A DNA stretch of 64,000 nt from an uncultured Collinsella sp. (GTDB taxonomy: Bacteria > Actinomycetota > Coriobacteriia > Coriobacteriales > Coriobacteriaceae). The notes under the pieces are model-generated. The model saw only the letters and a program-made list of their open reading frames with translations, did not search any database and was not told the origin of the DNA. Below are positions 41,843 to 51,742 of this stretch, in pieces. The stretch lies in contig CABQJK010000004.1 in the NCBI GenBank assembly GCA_902464495.1, forward strand, positions 10,453 through 74,452, written 5' to 3'. Both the position numbers and the translations under genes were made by a program. How positions within the stretch are numbered: position 1 is the stretch's first letter; each line of letters begins with the position of its first letter.

Positions 41843-41845
41843 GGC

Positions 41846-42757
41846 TTACGCCACCTCGCCTTCCTGGTCGGCATTCTCGTTGACTCCGGCGACCTCGGCC
41901 ATATAGGCCTCGCAGCACGCCTTGGCGACGGCGCGGACACGCAGGATGTAGTTGGCACGCTCGACCGCAGACAGAGCGCCGCGGGCATCGAGCAGATTGA
42001 AAGCGTGGCTGCACTTCATGACGCAGTCGTATGCGGGCAACGGCAGCTTGCGCTCCAGGCAGGAATGGCACTCGGCCTCGTAGTCGTCAAACTTCTGACG
42101 CATCATCTCGACGTTGGCGACCTCAAAGTTATAGGCACTGAACTCGCGCTCGTTCTCGAGGAACACGTCGCCGTAGGTCATGGGCGTGCCATCGGGCAGG
42201 TAGCTCCACACCAGATCGTAGACCGAGTTGACGCCCTGGGCGTACATGGCGATACGCTCCAGGCCATAGGTAATCTCGACGGGCACGGGGTCGACCTCGA
42301 TACCGCCCACCTGCTGGAAGTACGTAAACTGCGTGACCTCCATGCCGTTGAGCCAGACCTCCCAGCCAAGGCCCCAGGCGCCCAGGGTCGGGCTCTCCCA
42401 GTCGTCCTCGACAAAGCGGACGTCATGGTCGTTGGGGTCCAGGCCAATGGCGGCCAGCGAACCCAGGTAGAGCTCCTGGGCGTTGACCGGCGACGGCTTG
42501 ATGAGCACCTGGAACTGATAGTAGTGCTGCATGCGGTTGGGGTTCTCGCCGTAGCGGCCGTCGGCGGGACGGCGGCAGGGCTGCGCATAGCAGGTGCGCC
42601 ATTCGGCGGGACCGAGCGAGCGCAGCGTGGTCGCGGTATGGAAGGTACCGGCACCGACCTCGGAGTCATAGGGCTGCATAATGACGCAGCCCTGCTCGCC
42701 CCAGTACTGCTGGAGGCGCAGGATGATGTCTTGGAAGGAAAGCGATGAAGCGTTCAT
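41846..42757 (-). CDS. glyQ: Glycyl-tRNA synthetase alpha subunit
   Basis: [37 protein letters not shown]. Confidence 0.98.
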   Translation of the reverse strand: MNASSLSFQDIILRLQQYWGEQGCVIMQPYDSEVGAGTFHTATTLRSLGPAEWRTCYAQPCRRPADGRYGENPNRMQHYYQFQVLIKPSPVNAQELYLGSLAAIGLDPNDHDVRFVEDDWESPTLGAWGLGWEVWLNGMEVTQFTYFQQVGGIEVDPVPVEITYGLERIAMYAQGVNSVYDLVWSYLPDGTPMTYGDVFLENEREFSAYNFEVANVEMMRQKFDDYEAECHSCLERKLPLPAYDCVMKCSHAFNLLDARGALSAVERANYILRVRAVAKACCEAYMAEVAGVNENADQEGEVA

Positions 42758-42816
42758 GCCTCTAATATCCCCTCGTCGAAACGATTACACGGTTAGGTAC
42801 TGTACTATAGCGGTTT

Positions 42817-43380
42817 TTAGTCGATAGCGCCCAGACGGTTGAGCGGCCAGTAACGCACGAGCGCCACGGCGATCAAATCAGAGCGATCGACGGGACCAAA
42901 GTAGCGTGAGTCGGCTGAGTTCTCGCGGTTGTCGCCCATCACCCACACGCAGCCGTCGGGGACGGTGTAGGGATAGCTCACCTGGGCGGCGGGCGCCTGG
43001 ACCGAAAGCGGCCAGCTCATGCCGGTCGTATAGCCCTCGTCGAGCGCTTGGCCGTCAACGACCACCTTGCCGTCCTGCAGGTCAACCGTCTGGCCGGCCG
43101 TGGCGATGACGCGCTTTACCAGCACGTCATGCTCAGACGTGGCATCGGGGTTGTGGAACACCACGATATCGCCCTGCTTGACGGGCTGACCGAGCTCGAG
43201 GCTCACCTTTTGTGCCAGGATCTGGTCGCCGATCTCGATCGTGTCCTCCATAGAGCCGGTGGGCACCACAAAGGGCTCGACCACAAAGGTGCGGATCAGG
43301 AAGGTGGCCACGAGCGCGATTGCGATGACCGCGATCCACTCAAAGGCGCCCCTCAACGCGGAATGCTGCGATGGAACCAT
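42817..43380 (-). CDS. lepB: Signal peptidase I
   Basis: TM, VPTGSMEDT, LVKRVI, MGDNRENSADSR. Confidence 0.95.
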   Translation of the reverse strand: MVPSQHSALRGAFEWIAVIAIALVATFLIRTFVVEPFVVPTGSMEDTIEIGDQILAQKVSLELGQPVKQGDIVVFHNPDATSEHDVLVKRVIATAGQTVDLQDGKVVVDGQALDEGYTTGMSWPLSVQAPAAQVSYPYTVPDGCVWVMGDNRENSADSRYFGPVDRSDLIAVALVRYWPLNRLGAID

Positions 43381-43382
43381 TC

Positions 43383-44141
43383 TCACTCCTCGCTCTGCGA
43401 ATACGAAGCGTCCAGAATCTCCTGCGCGTATGCGCGCTCCTGGGGCGTAAGCCGCGCCGTCTCGATCAGGTCGGGACGCCAGCGGCAGGTGCGCTCGATG
43501 GCATTCTTACGGCGCCAGGCATCGACCTTGGCATGGTCACCGCTCACGAGCACCGGCGGCACGCCCTCGCCGTTGAATTCAGCAGGGCGAGTGTACTGCG
43601 CATACTCGAGCAGGCCTCCGTCCTCGGCGGTCGAGAACGACTCGTCGACGTTGCTCATCTCGTCACCAAGGGCGCCGGGAATCAGGCGTACGACAGCATC
43701 GGCAACGACCATAGCGGGAAGCTCGCCGCCCGTGAGCACGTAATCGCCGATCGACAGGCGCTCGTCGGCATACGCATAGGCACGCTCGTCGACACCCTCG
43801 TAACGGCTGCACACAAACAGCAAGCGCTCGCTTTTGAGCAGGCGCTCGGCCACATGCTGTGTAAAGGGCTCGCCACAGGGGGTAAAAAACACCACGGTGG
43901 GCTTAGGACCCTCGGAGCTAATAGCCTCGATGGCCTCGGCAATTGGCTCGACCTTCATGAGCATGCCCTGCCCGCCGCCGTACGGCTCGTCATCGACGGT
44001 ACGATGGCGGTCGTGCGTCCAGTCGCGCAGGTTATACGCCTTAAAATCAAAAAGGCCGGCCTTGCGGGCGCGGCCCAAAATCGATGTGGACATGACGGGC
44101 TCAAACATCTCGGGAAAGACCGAAAGGGTCTCAATCAGCAT
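43383..44141 (-). CDS. trmD: tRNA (guanine-N1)-methyltransferase
   Basis: VDDEPYGGGQGM, RYEGVDER, SIGDYVLTGGE. Confidence 0.97.
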   Translation of the reverse strand: MLIETLSVFPEMFEPVMSTSILGRARKAGLFDFKAYNLRDWTHDRHRTVDDEPYGGGQGMLMKVEPIAEAIEAISSEGPKPTVVFFTPCGEPFTQHVAERLLKSERLLFVCSRYEGVDERAYAYADERLSIGDYVLTGGELPAMVVADAVVRLIPGALGDEMSNVDESFSTAEDGGLLEYAQYTRPAEFNGEGVPPVLVSGDHAKVDAWRRKNAIERTCRWRPDLIETARLTPQERAYAQEILDASYSQSEE

Positions 44142-44151
44142 GTTGTCCTCC

Positions 44152-44673
44152 CTACTTGTCCATATCGATCAGGCCGTCCATAACGTGGACGGAAATTGTT
44201 CCTGTGTCGGGAAGATCGAGCACAACCTGCTCGATCACGGGAATCAGTACCTCGCCGTACCGATCACCCTCGACAACCCAAACATCGTTAGCGGGCGTCG
44301 ACATGATCTCGACGATTGTGCCGAGTGAACCGAAGCGCTCGTCGACCACCTCGCGACCCATCAGGTCGGTATAGGCGGCGTCGAGTGAATCGAGCTCAAA
44401 ATCGTCACGATTTGCCAACACATAGCATCCCGTGATGCCCTCGGCGGCCGTCAAGTCGTCAATGCCCTCAAACAAGACCAGATCGCCATCGCCCGTATCG
44501 GTGACGGACACGACCGTGCAAAAGCGGTCGCGCTTGAGCGCCGGCGGCGTCAGGGCGACGCGCATACCCGGCTCTAATACAGAAGGAAGCCCCCGCAGCG
44601 GCTGCGCGAGGACCTCCCCCTTCCTTCCGTGCGGCTTGACCACACGGGCGATGTTTTTGTACTGGGACCTCAA
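44152..44673 (-). CDS. rimM: Ribosome maturation factor RimM
   Basis: IARVVKPHGRKGEV, PRC barrel ANDVW, VLIP. Confidence 0.92.
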   Translation of the reverse strand: MRSQYKNIARVVKPHGRKGEVLAQPLRGLPSVLEPGMRVALTPPALKRDRFCTVVSVTDTGDGDLVLFEGIDDLTAAEGITGCYVLANRDDFELDSLDAAYTDLMGREVVDERFGSLGTIVEIMSTPANDVWVVEGDRYGEVLIPVIEQVVLDLPDTGTISVHVMDGLIDMDK

Positions 44674-44677
44674 GGTC

Positions 44678-44962
44678 CTAGCCCAGAACCTCTACCTCGA
44701 CAGCAGTGTCGAGGCGAGCGGCCAGTGCACGGGCGAGCGTGCGAATGGCCTTGATGGTACGGCCACGACGGCCGATGACCTTAGCGACGTCATCCTCGGC
44801 GACAGAAACCTCAATCGTAGAGGCGTCATCACCATCAATGACCTCAAGGCTCACGGAATCCGGGTCGTCGACGATCTGAACAACGAGATATTCGACGAGA
44901 TCGGCGATGCGATCTGAGAGCATTGCCTCACCCTCGAGCTGTGCAGCGTCAACCTCAGGCAC
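44678..44962 (-). CDS. khpA: KH-domain RNA-binding protein KhpA
   Basis: IVDDPD.V, DVAKVIGRRGRTIKAIR; rpsP-khpA-rimM order. Confidence 0.92.
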   Translation of the reverse strand: MPEVDAAQLEGEAMLSDRIADLVEYLVVQIVDDPDSVSLEVIDGDDASTIEVSVAEDDVAKVIGRRGRTIKAIRTLARALAARLDTAVEVEVLG

Positions 44963-44965
44963 GAT

Positions 44966-45307
44966 TTACTCCTCGGCGCCCTCAGCGGCCTCAGCGGCAG
45001 CCTTAGCTGCCTCGGCCTCTTTGGCGAGCTGCTTCTTGGACTTCTTGACGACGGTCTCGGTCTTCTCGCCCTCGTTGGCGGCCTTGACCAGAGCGGCGAC
45101 GGCGTCGGTGAGCTGAGCGCCCTTGGACTGCCAGTCGGCGATCTTCTCGAGGTCGAGGTTGATGGTCTTGGGGGCGGTCATCGGGTTGTAGCGGCCAACC
45201 TCCTCGATGATACGACCGTCACGCGGGGCGCGGGAATCGGCGACGACGACACGGTAGTACGGACGCTTCTTAGCGCCGTGACGAGCAAGGCGAATCTTGA
45301 CTGCCAA
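44966..45307 (-). CDS. rpsP: 30S ribosomal protein S16
   Basis: TTG start; [25 protein letters not shown]. Confidence 0.97.
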   Translation of the reverse strand: MAVKIRLARHGAKKRPYYRVVVADSRAPRDGRIIEEVGRYNPMTAPKTINLDLEKIADWQSKGAQLTDAVAALVKAANEGEKTETVVKKSKKQLAKEAEAAKAAAEAAEGAEE

Positions 45308-45508
45308 AGGAAACTCCTCCAACCAAGCAGCTTTAGGCTGCAACTACAAACAAACAGTTGAACATAATACGCCATCGACGCGGGCAGGTGAAGTCCGTGA
45401 GACCAACTTCTTCGGTGTAGTCGAGGGCAAATCCATATCTTAGACAAGAATTCGGGATTTGCAAGCACATACACGCACCCCACATGAGCTGCGCGGTATA
45501 CTCATGAC

Positions 45509-46762
45509 ATGGAAAGACGCGAACATACATACGGTTATGAGGATGCCATGGGCGTCACGCCACCTCCCTGGACGGGTCCGGCGGTGGGCCTCATGGACCT
45601 CGATGCGTTTTTTGCGAGCGTGGAGATGCTCGATCATCCCGAATGGCGCGGAAAGCCGCTCATCGTGGGCGGAGACGCCGATTCGCGTGGCGTCGTGTCC
45701 ACGTGTTCGTATGAGGCGCGTCGCTTTGGCGTGCACTCTGCCATGGCCTCGGCCGAGGCGCGGCGCTTGTGCCCGCAAGCCATTTGGACGCACGGGCACT
45801 TTGATCGCTACCGCGAGGTGAGCGCGCAGGTCATGGCGATTCTTGCCGAGGAAACGCCGCGCGTAGAGCGCGTATCCATCGACGAAGCCTTTATCGATAT
45901 CACACCGGGTCGCTTTGCACCCGAAGACCCGCTACTGGTTGCGCGGCGTATAAGCGACCGCGTGGCAGCGCTGGGAGTGACGTGCTCCATTGGCGTAGGC
46001 TGCAACAAGACGGTCGCAAAGATCGCAAGCGAGCGGGATAAGCCGTTTGGGCTGACCATCGTGCGCCCCGGGACGGAACAGCGCTTTTTGGCCGCGCTAC
46101 CAGTGTCTGCCATGAGCGGCATCGGGCGCTCGGCCGAGGAGCGACTGCGCCGCATACGCATCTACACGCTCGGCGAGCTATCACGTGCACCGGAATCCAC
46201 CTTGGCCTCTATTTTTGGCGTCAACGGCGAACGCATGCGCCAGCGTGCGCTGGGACTCGAAATCTCCGAAGTCACGAGTCTCGATGAAGAGCGCGAGGTC
46301 AAGTCGGTCAGCAATGAACGCACCTTTGCGAAAGATTTGACTGAGCGCGGGGACATCGAAGCGGCGATTACGCTGCTGGGTGAGTCGGTTGGACGCCGCC
46401 TGCGCCGTCAGGGACTGACGGGCGGCACGGTAACGCTCAAGCTCAAGTATTCGTATGGCAGCGGGCGTACGGCACAGCGCCGGCTGCCTCATCCGACCGA
46501 CGATGAGAACATCTTCGTGGCGGTTGCACTCGAACTACTCGACAACATCTGGCAGGAAGGCATGCATGTGCGCTTGGCAGGTATCGGCATGAGCGACTTC
46601 GACCATCAGGGCGGTATCCAGACCGACCTGTTCTGCGAAATCGACGACCGCGGAGCCCAATCAAGCGACCGTCGCGACCTCTCGGTTGCTATCGACGCCG
46701 TCCGAGACAAGTTCGGCGACACCGCCCTATCCTTCGGCCGCCAATCCCGCTTCAACGATTAA
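45509..46762 (+). CDS. dinB: DNA polymerase IV (start 45509 or 45548)
   Basis: DLDAFFASVE, SYEARRFGV, SIDEAF, AKIASERDKP. Confidence 0.96.
   Translation: MERREHTYGYEDAMGVTPPPWTGPAVGLMDLDAFFASVEMLDHPEWRGKPLIVGGDADSRGVVSTCSYEARRFGVHSAMASAEARRLCPQAIWTHGHFDRYREVSAQVMAILAEETPRVERVSIDEAFIDITPGRFAPEDPLLVARRISDRVAALGVTCSIGVGCNKTVAKIASERDKPFGLTIVRPGTEQRFLAALPVSAMSGIGRSAEERLRRIRIYTLGELSRAPESTLASIFGVNGERMRQRALGLEISEVTSLDEEREVKSVSNERTFAKDLTERGDIEAAITLLGESVGRRLRRQGLTGGTVTLKLKYSYGSGRTAQRRLPHPTDDENIFVAVALELLDNIWQEGMHVRLAGIGMSDFDHQGGIQTDLFCEIDDRGAQSSDRRDLSVAIDAVRDKFGDTALSFGRQSRFND
45520..45533. promoter_or_regulatory. Degenerate LexA (SOS) box at dinB
   Basis: CGAAC-ATAC-ATACG vs CGAAC-N4-GTTCG; -10 TATACT at 45497-45502. 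Confidence 0.45.
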
Positions 46763-46774
46763 CCGCCTTTGGGC

Positions 46775-46817
46775 AAAAAGAAAGCCGGGCAGGTACGGAA
46801 AACCGCAACTGCCCGGC
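46775..46817 (-). terminator. Terminator between convergent dinB and rsfS
   Basis: gccgggcag/ctgcccggc stem preceded on + by aaaaagaaa. Confidence 0.7.
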
Positions 46818-46860
46818 AAAATGCGCGAGGCTAGCTAAAAGCCCCGTATCAAATGAGCTA

Positions 46861-47316
46861 CTAGAGGAGATTGAGGGGGAGCTGGGGGGCGTCACCCCAG
46901 AGCTTTTCTAGACGGTAGAAGTCGCGGGCTTCGGGAGTGAAGACGTGGACGACGACTGAACCGTAGTCCATGAGCATCCAGGTCTTCTGCTCGCGGCCCT
47001 CGATGGAGAACGGATGCTCACCGCAAGCCTCGGCGACCTTCTCCTCGATCTCGTCGACAATCGAATCGACCTGGCGGTTGTTGGTACCGGTGGCAAGCAC
47101 AAAGTAGTCGCACACGTCGGAAAGCTCGGTCAGGTCGAGCACCTGCACGTCCTCGCCCTTCTTGTCGTAGGCGGCCTGCGCGGCGGCGCGGGCGACATCC
47201 TCGGCGGCGACACCGCTCGCGGACAGCGAGGCGGCAGTGCGGTCGGACGTGGCAACGAAACTCTTGTGCTCCACACCTTCAAGAATCTGCTCGTCGGTCA
47301 TGGTCTCGTCGGCCAT
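46861..47316 (-). CDS. rsfS: Ribosome silencing factor
   Basis: DKKGEDV, DYFVLATG, W.LMDYGSVVVHVF, RDFYRLEKLW. Confidence 0.96.
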   Translation of the reverse strand: MADETMTDEQILEGVEHKSFVATSDRTAASLSASGVAAEDVARAAAQAAYDKKGEDVQVLDLTELSDVCDYFVLATGTNNRQVDSIVDEIEEKVAEACGEHPFSIEGREQKTWMLMDYGSVVVHVFTPEARDFYRLEKLWGDAPQLPLNLL

Positions 47317-47344
47317 GGAATACCTCTTTCTAGACACACCCGAG

Positions 47345-47968
47345 CTAGCGCAGCTGGGCGTAATGGTTGTAAATCGTAATTGCCGTGGGATAAAGATAGC
47401 GCCCGGACTGGATCACATAGACCAGACCCTGCGCAAAACAGGAGAAGAACAACTCGTCAAGCGTCGACTCCCCCACCATCTTGCGCAGCGCGTGGGCATA
47501 ATCACCATGGCGGTTGGGCTCGATGGCATCGGCCACAAAGACCACCATATCGAGCGGCGTCATGTCGCAGGCGCCTACGGTGTGACGGTCGACAGCCTGG
47601 AAAACGGCCGGCGATAACTCGGGAAATAGCTGCGGAAGCTCATAGGCGGCAACCGGGCCATGCAGCAGCGGCGTAGCGGCGGAAGGAGAGCCGGCAACCT
47701 TGATGCCATAGTGAAGCGCGCGGGCCACGAGCTCGTCATCGGAAAGCACCTTGTCCCAGTCGTGAATTAAGCCGGCGGCAGCGGCATCAAAGCGGTCAAC
47801 GCCGTAGACCTCGGCCAGATGAAGTGCGGTCTCGGCAACACCCAACGAATGCACATAGCGCTTGCGCTTATCTTTCATGCGAACATCGAGCAGCTCTTGA
47901 ATGCGCTTGAGCAGCGCGCACTCATCGCCCTCAAACTGATCCTCTACCGACAACGTAGCCCCCATCAC
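47345..47968 (-). CDS. yqeK: HD-domain Ap4A hydrolase YqeK
   Basis: RYVHSLGV, GLIHDWDK, HT.G, VADAIEPNR; follows nadD. Confidence 0.92.
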   Translation of the reverse strand: MMGATLSVEDQFEGDECALLKRIQELLDVRMKDKRKRYVHSLGVAETALHLAEVYGVDRFDAAAAGLIHDWDKVLSDDELVARALHYGIKVAGSPSAATPLLHGPVAAYELPQLFPELSPAVFQAVDRHTVGACDMTPLDMVVFVADAIEPNRHGDYAHALRKMVGESTLDELFFSCFAQGLVYVIQSGRYLYPTAITIYNHYAQLR

Positions 47969-48642
47969 TCAAAATCTTCTTGACCCAGATCGACATACAA
48001 ACTGCGCTTGCGAATGTAGCCGAGCACAGACTCGCTCGTAAGATAGCGCACGCTCATGCCGCGGGCAACTCGCTTACGAATGTTTGTCGAGCTGATCGCC
48101 AGCGCCGGAATCTGAATATAGCGCACGTCGAACGGCAGCCCCGACTCTTTGATTCGCGCGCGAGCAGTATCGATATCAAAGCCCGGTCGCGTCGCCGCAA
48201 TAAAGGTAGCAAGCTCAGCGATTCGTTCGGCATCATGCCAAGTCACAATATCGATAATCGCGTCGGCGCCCGTAATAAAGTAGAGCTTTACCTGCGGCGG
48301 GTAAAAGTCGCGAAGGGCATGAAGCGTATCGGCAGTATAGGTCACGCCCGGACGGTCGATCTCGAACCGGCTCGCCAAAAAGGCCGGGTTCGCGGCGGTG
48401 GCGAGGACCGTCATGGCATAACGGTCCTCGGCAGGCGTCACCGGCTTGTCAAGCTTAAAGGCGGGAGAGCCCGCCGGCATAAAGAGCACGGCGTCCAAGT
48501 CGAGCGACTCGCGCGCCTGCTCGGCAGTCACCAGGTGCCCGTAATGAATCGGGTCGAATGTGCCGCCCATAATGCCAAGCCGAAACTCTTTGCCCTCTTT
48601 TATGGGCAGCTCGGGCAAACCGATTCCACCGCGCAGCGACAT
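47965..48642 (-). CDS. nadD: Nicotinate-nucleotide adenylyltransferase
   Basis: GGTFDPIHYGH, FITGAD, ISSTNIR. Confidence 0.96.
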   Translation of the reverse strand: MSLRGGIGLPELPIKEGKEFRLGIMGGTFDPIHYGHLVTAEQARESLDLDAVLFMPAGSPAFKLDKPVTPAEDRYAMTVLATAANPAFLASRFEIDRPGVTYTADTLHALRDFYPPQVKLYFITGADAIIDIVTWHDAERIAELATFIAATRPGFDIDTARARIKESGLPFDVRYIQIPALAISSTNIRKRVARGMSVRYLTSESVLGYIRKRSLYVDLGQEDFE

Positions 48643-48645
48643 GGC

Positions 48646-50124
<1,479 letters not shown>

Positions 50125-50128
50125 CTAC

Positions 50129-50171
50129 AAAAAGAGGGAGACCCTTGAATCCTAAAACTCAAGTGCCTCCC
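50129..50171 (-). terminator. Terminator-like hairpin between rpmA and obgE
   Basis: gggaggcacttgag/ttcaagggtctccc then tcttttt on -. Confidence 0.6.
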
Positions 50172-50196
50172 ACATATGTGCTCTATGAAGGGTGAA

Positions 50197-50454
50197 TTAC
50201 GCGTTCGCGAGCGGGCGTACGCTGACCCTGTGCTTGATACCCTTGTGGAACTCAACGGTACCGTCGACCAGCGCGAACAGCGTGTCGTCCTTGCCACGGC
50301 CAACGTTCTCACCCGGGTGGATGTGCGTGCCGTGCTGACGGACGAGAATCGTGCCCGTGGTTACCGTCTGGCCGGCATAGCGCTTCGTGCCAAGGCGCTG
50401 ACCGCGGGAGTCACGGCCATTACGGGAGGAACCGAGTCCTTTTTTGTGTGCCAT
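50197..50454 (-). CDS. rpmA: 50S ribosomal protein L27
   Basis: [16 protein letters not shown]. Confidence 0.98.
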   Translation of the reverse strand: MAHKKGLGSSRNGRDSRGQRLGTKRYAGQTVTTGTILVRQHGTHIHPGENVGRGKDDTLFALVDGTVEFHKGIKHRVSVRPLANA

Positions 50455-50487
50455 TGTGTATACCTACTCTTTCGTTACGAGTGTAAT

Positions 50488-50862
50488 CTACTCGGCGACG
50501 GGAGCCTCGGCAACAGCCTCGGCCTCTGCCTTGACAGCCTTCTTGGCGCGGGACGTAGCCTGGACCTTCACGATCTTCAGCTTGGTGAGCTGCTGACGGT
50601 GACCCTTCAGACGACGATAGCGCTTACGCTTGTGGAACTTGAAGACCAGCTGCTTCTCGCCCTTGAACTGCTCAACGATCTGAGCGGTAACCTTGGCCTT
50701 GGCCAGCTTGTCGGGATCGGTGACGATCTTCTTACCATCGTTGAGGAAGATGACCGGCAGGGTGACCTTGTCGCCCTCATTGCCCTCGATCTTCTCGACG
50801 GTGATGACATCGTCGGTGGCGACCTTGTACTGCTTGCCGCCCGTGTTAACGATTGCGTACAT
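50488..50862 (-). CDS. rplU: 50S ribosomal protein L21
   Basis: MYAIVNTGGKQYKV, GHRQQLT. Confidence 0.98.
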   Translation of the reverse strand: MYAIVNTGGKQYKVATDDVITVEKIEGNEGDKVTLPVIFLNDGKKIVTDPDKLAKAKVTAQIVEQFKGEKQLVFKFHKRKRYRRLKGHRQQLTKLKIVKVQATSRAKKAVKAEAEAVAEAPVAE

Positions 50863-50904
50863 GTTTACTTGCCCTTCATGCATCAGTTAGTGCAACAGCC
50901 GAAT

Positions 50905-50933
50905 ATAGTAGCAGGCGAAAATACCCCCGTCAA
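50905..50933 (-). promoter_or_regulatory. sigmaA promoter of rplU-rpmA: TTGACG-17-TACTAT with extended TG
   Basis: cgtcaa at 50928-50933 and atagta at 50905-50910 on +. Confidence 0.75.
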
Positions 50934-51742
50934 CGAGTATGTGGAGCAAATCCACAAGTTCGCACAGGTATGGGGCTGACGAGTCGGCCCTCGTCGTCCT
51001 CGCATGCTTGATTCTGACGCTCGACATCGTAGGAGCAGATGGTCACGAGGTCTTGCATACCGGTGGAAACAATAGGTGCATCCACGCCCGGGGTCAAGCC
51101 CTGCAACAAAACATCAGCTGCAGAAAGCAAAATTTCCGGACGCATGGAGCCCTCGTTATCGGCATGGGTGTCGAGCATGAGCACCAAATGGTCCGGGCGC
51201 TCCCCCGCCGTGAGCTCATAGCCCACGAGCGTGTGATCCAAATCCAAGCGCTTGCTCTTTTTGCCGCGCGCGTAGTCGATGCCATGGTCCGCGCGCAGCG
51301 TGTCGATCGCACGACGCACCTCGTCGGCGCTTACGGGCGCCTCGGGATCCAAGTGCAGGTCGATGCGATACGACAGGCGCGTGAGCTGCGCCGTCAACGC
51401 TGGCGCGCGCACGTCGATGTACGCCGCCTCGATGGGCGCCAGATCGGCCGGAGACGCCACGGCCAGGCGCCCAAACGCCTCGTCGAGCGCCACGAACTCG
51501 GTCATAAACAGGTCATACCACTCGCAGGTCGACGACGTACCCACCGGTAGCGCCGAAGAGAAGCCCACGCGCATGTGAGGAGAAAAGCCCTGCGTGACGG
51601 CATAGGGAAGCCCCGCACGGCGCACGATGCGCTCAATGGTATGGATTACTTCGAGATGGCCCAGGTACTTAAGGCGATCACGCTTGCCATAGCGAACACG
51701 AAGCCTAAAGAGCGTGGGGTTGTCGGTCAGGCGCTCACTCAT
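50930..51742 (-). CDS. Radical SAM-associated protein (TIGR03936/DUF2344-like)
   Basis: RLRVRYGK...YLGHLE...RRAGLP...QGFSPH; overlaps the radical SAM gene stop. Confidence 0.88.
   Translation of the reverse strand: MSERLTDNPTLFRLRVRYGKRDRLKYLGHLEVIHTIERIVRRAGLPYAVTQGFSPHMRVGFSSALPVGTSSTCEWYDLFMTEFVALDEAFGRLAVASPADLAPIEAAYIDVRAPALTAQLTRLSYRIDLHLDPEAPVSADEVRRAIDTLRADHGIDYARGKKSKRLDLDHTLVGYELTAGERPDHLVLMLDTHADNEGSMRPEILLSAADVLLQGLTPGVDAPIVSTGMQDLVTICSYDVERQNQACEDDEGRLVSPIPVRTCGFAPHTR

Noticed and set aside
39578..42748. Long antisense ORFs (1056 aa here; also 85-1212, 14958-17180, 18867-20657, 47980-50109, 51772-53517 and others)
   Set aside because: They mirror well-identified genes on the opposite strand and are expected from GC-rich codon bias; they show no recognisable motifs
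42758..42816. T-box riboswitch upstream of glyQ
   Set aside because: The intergenic gap is only about 60 nt and has no T-box motif
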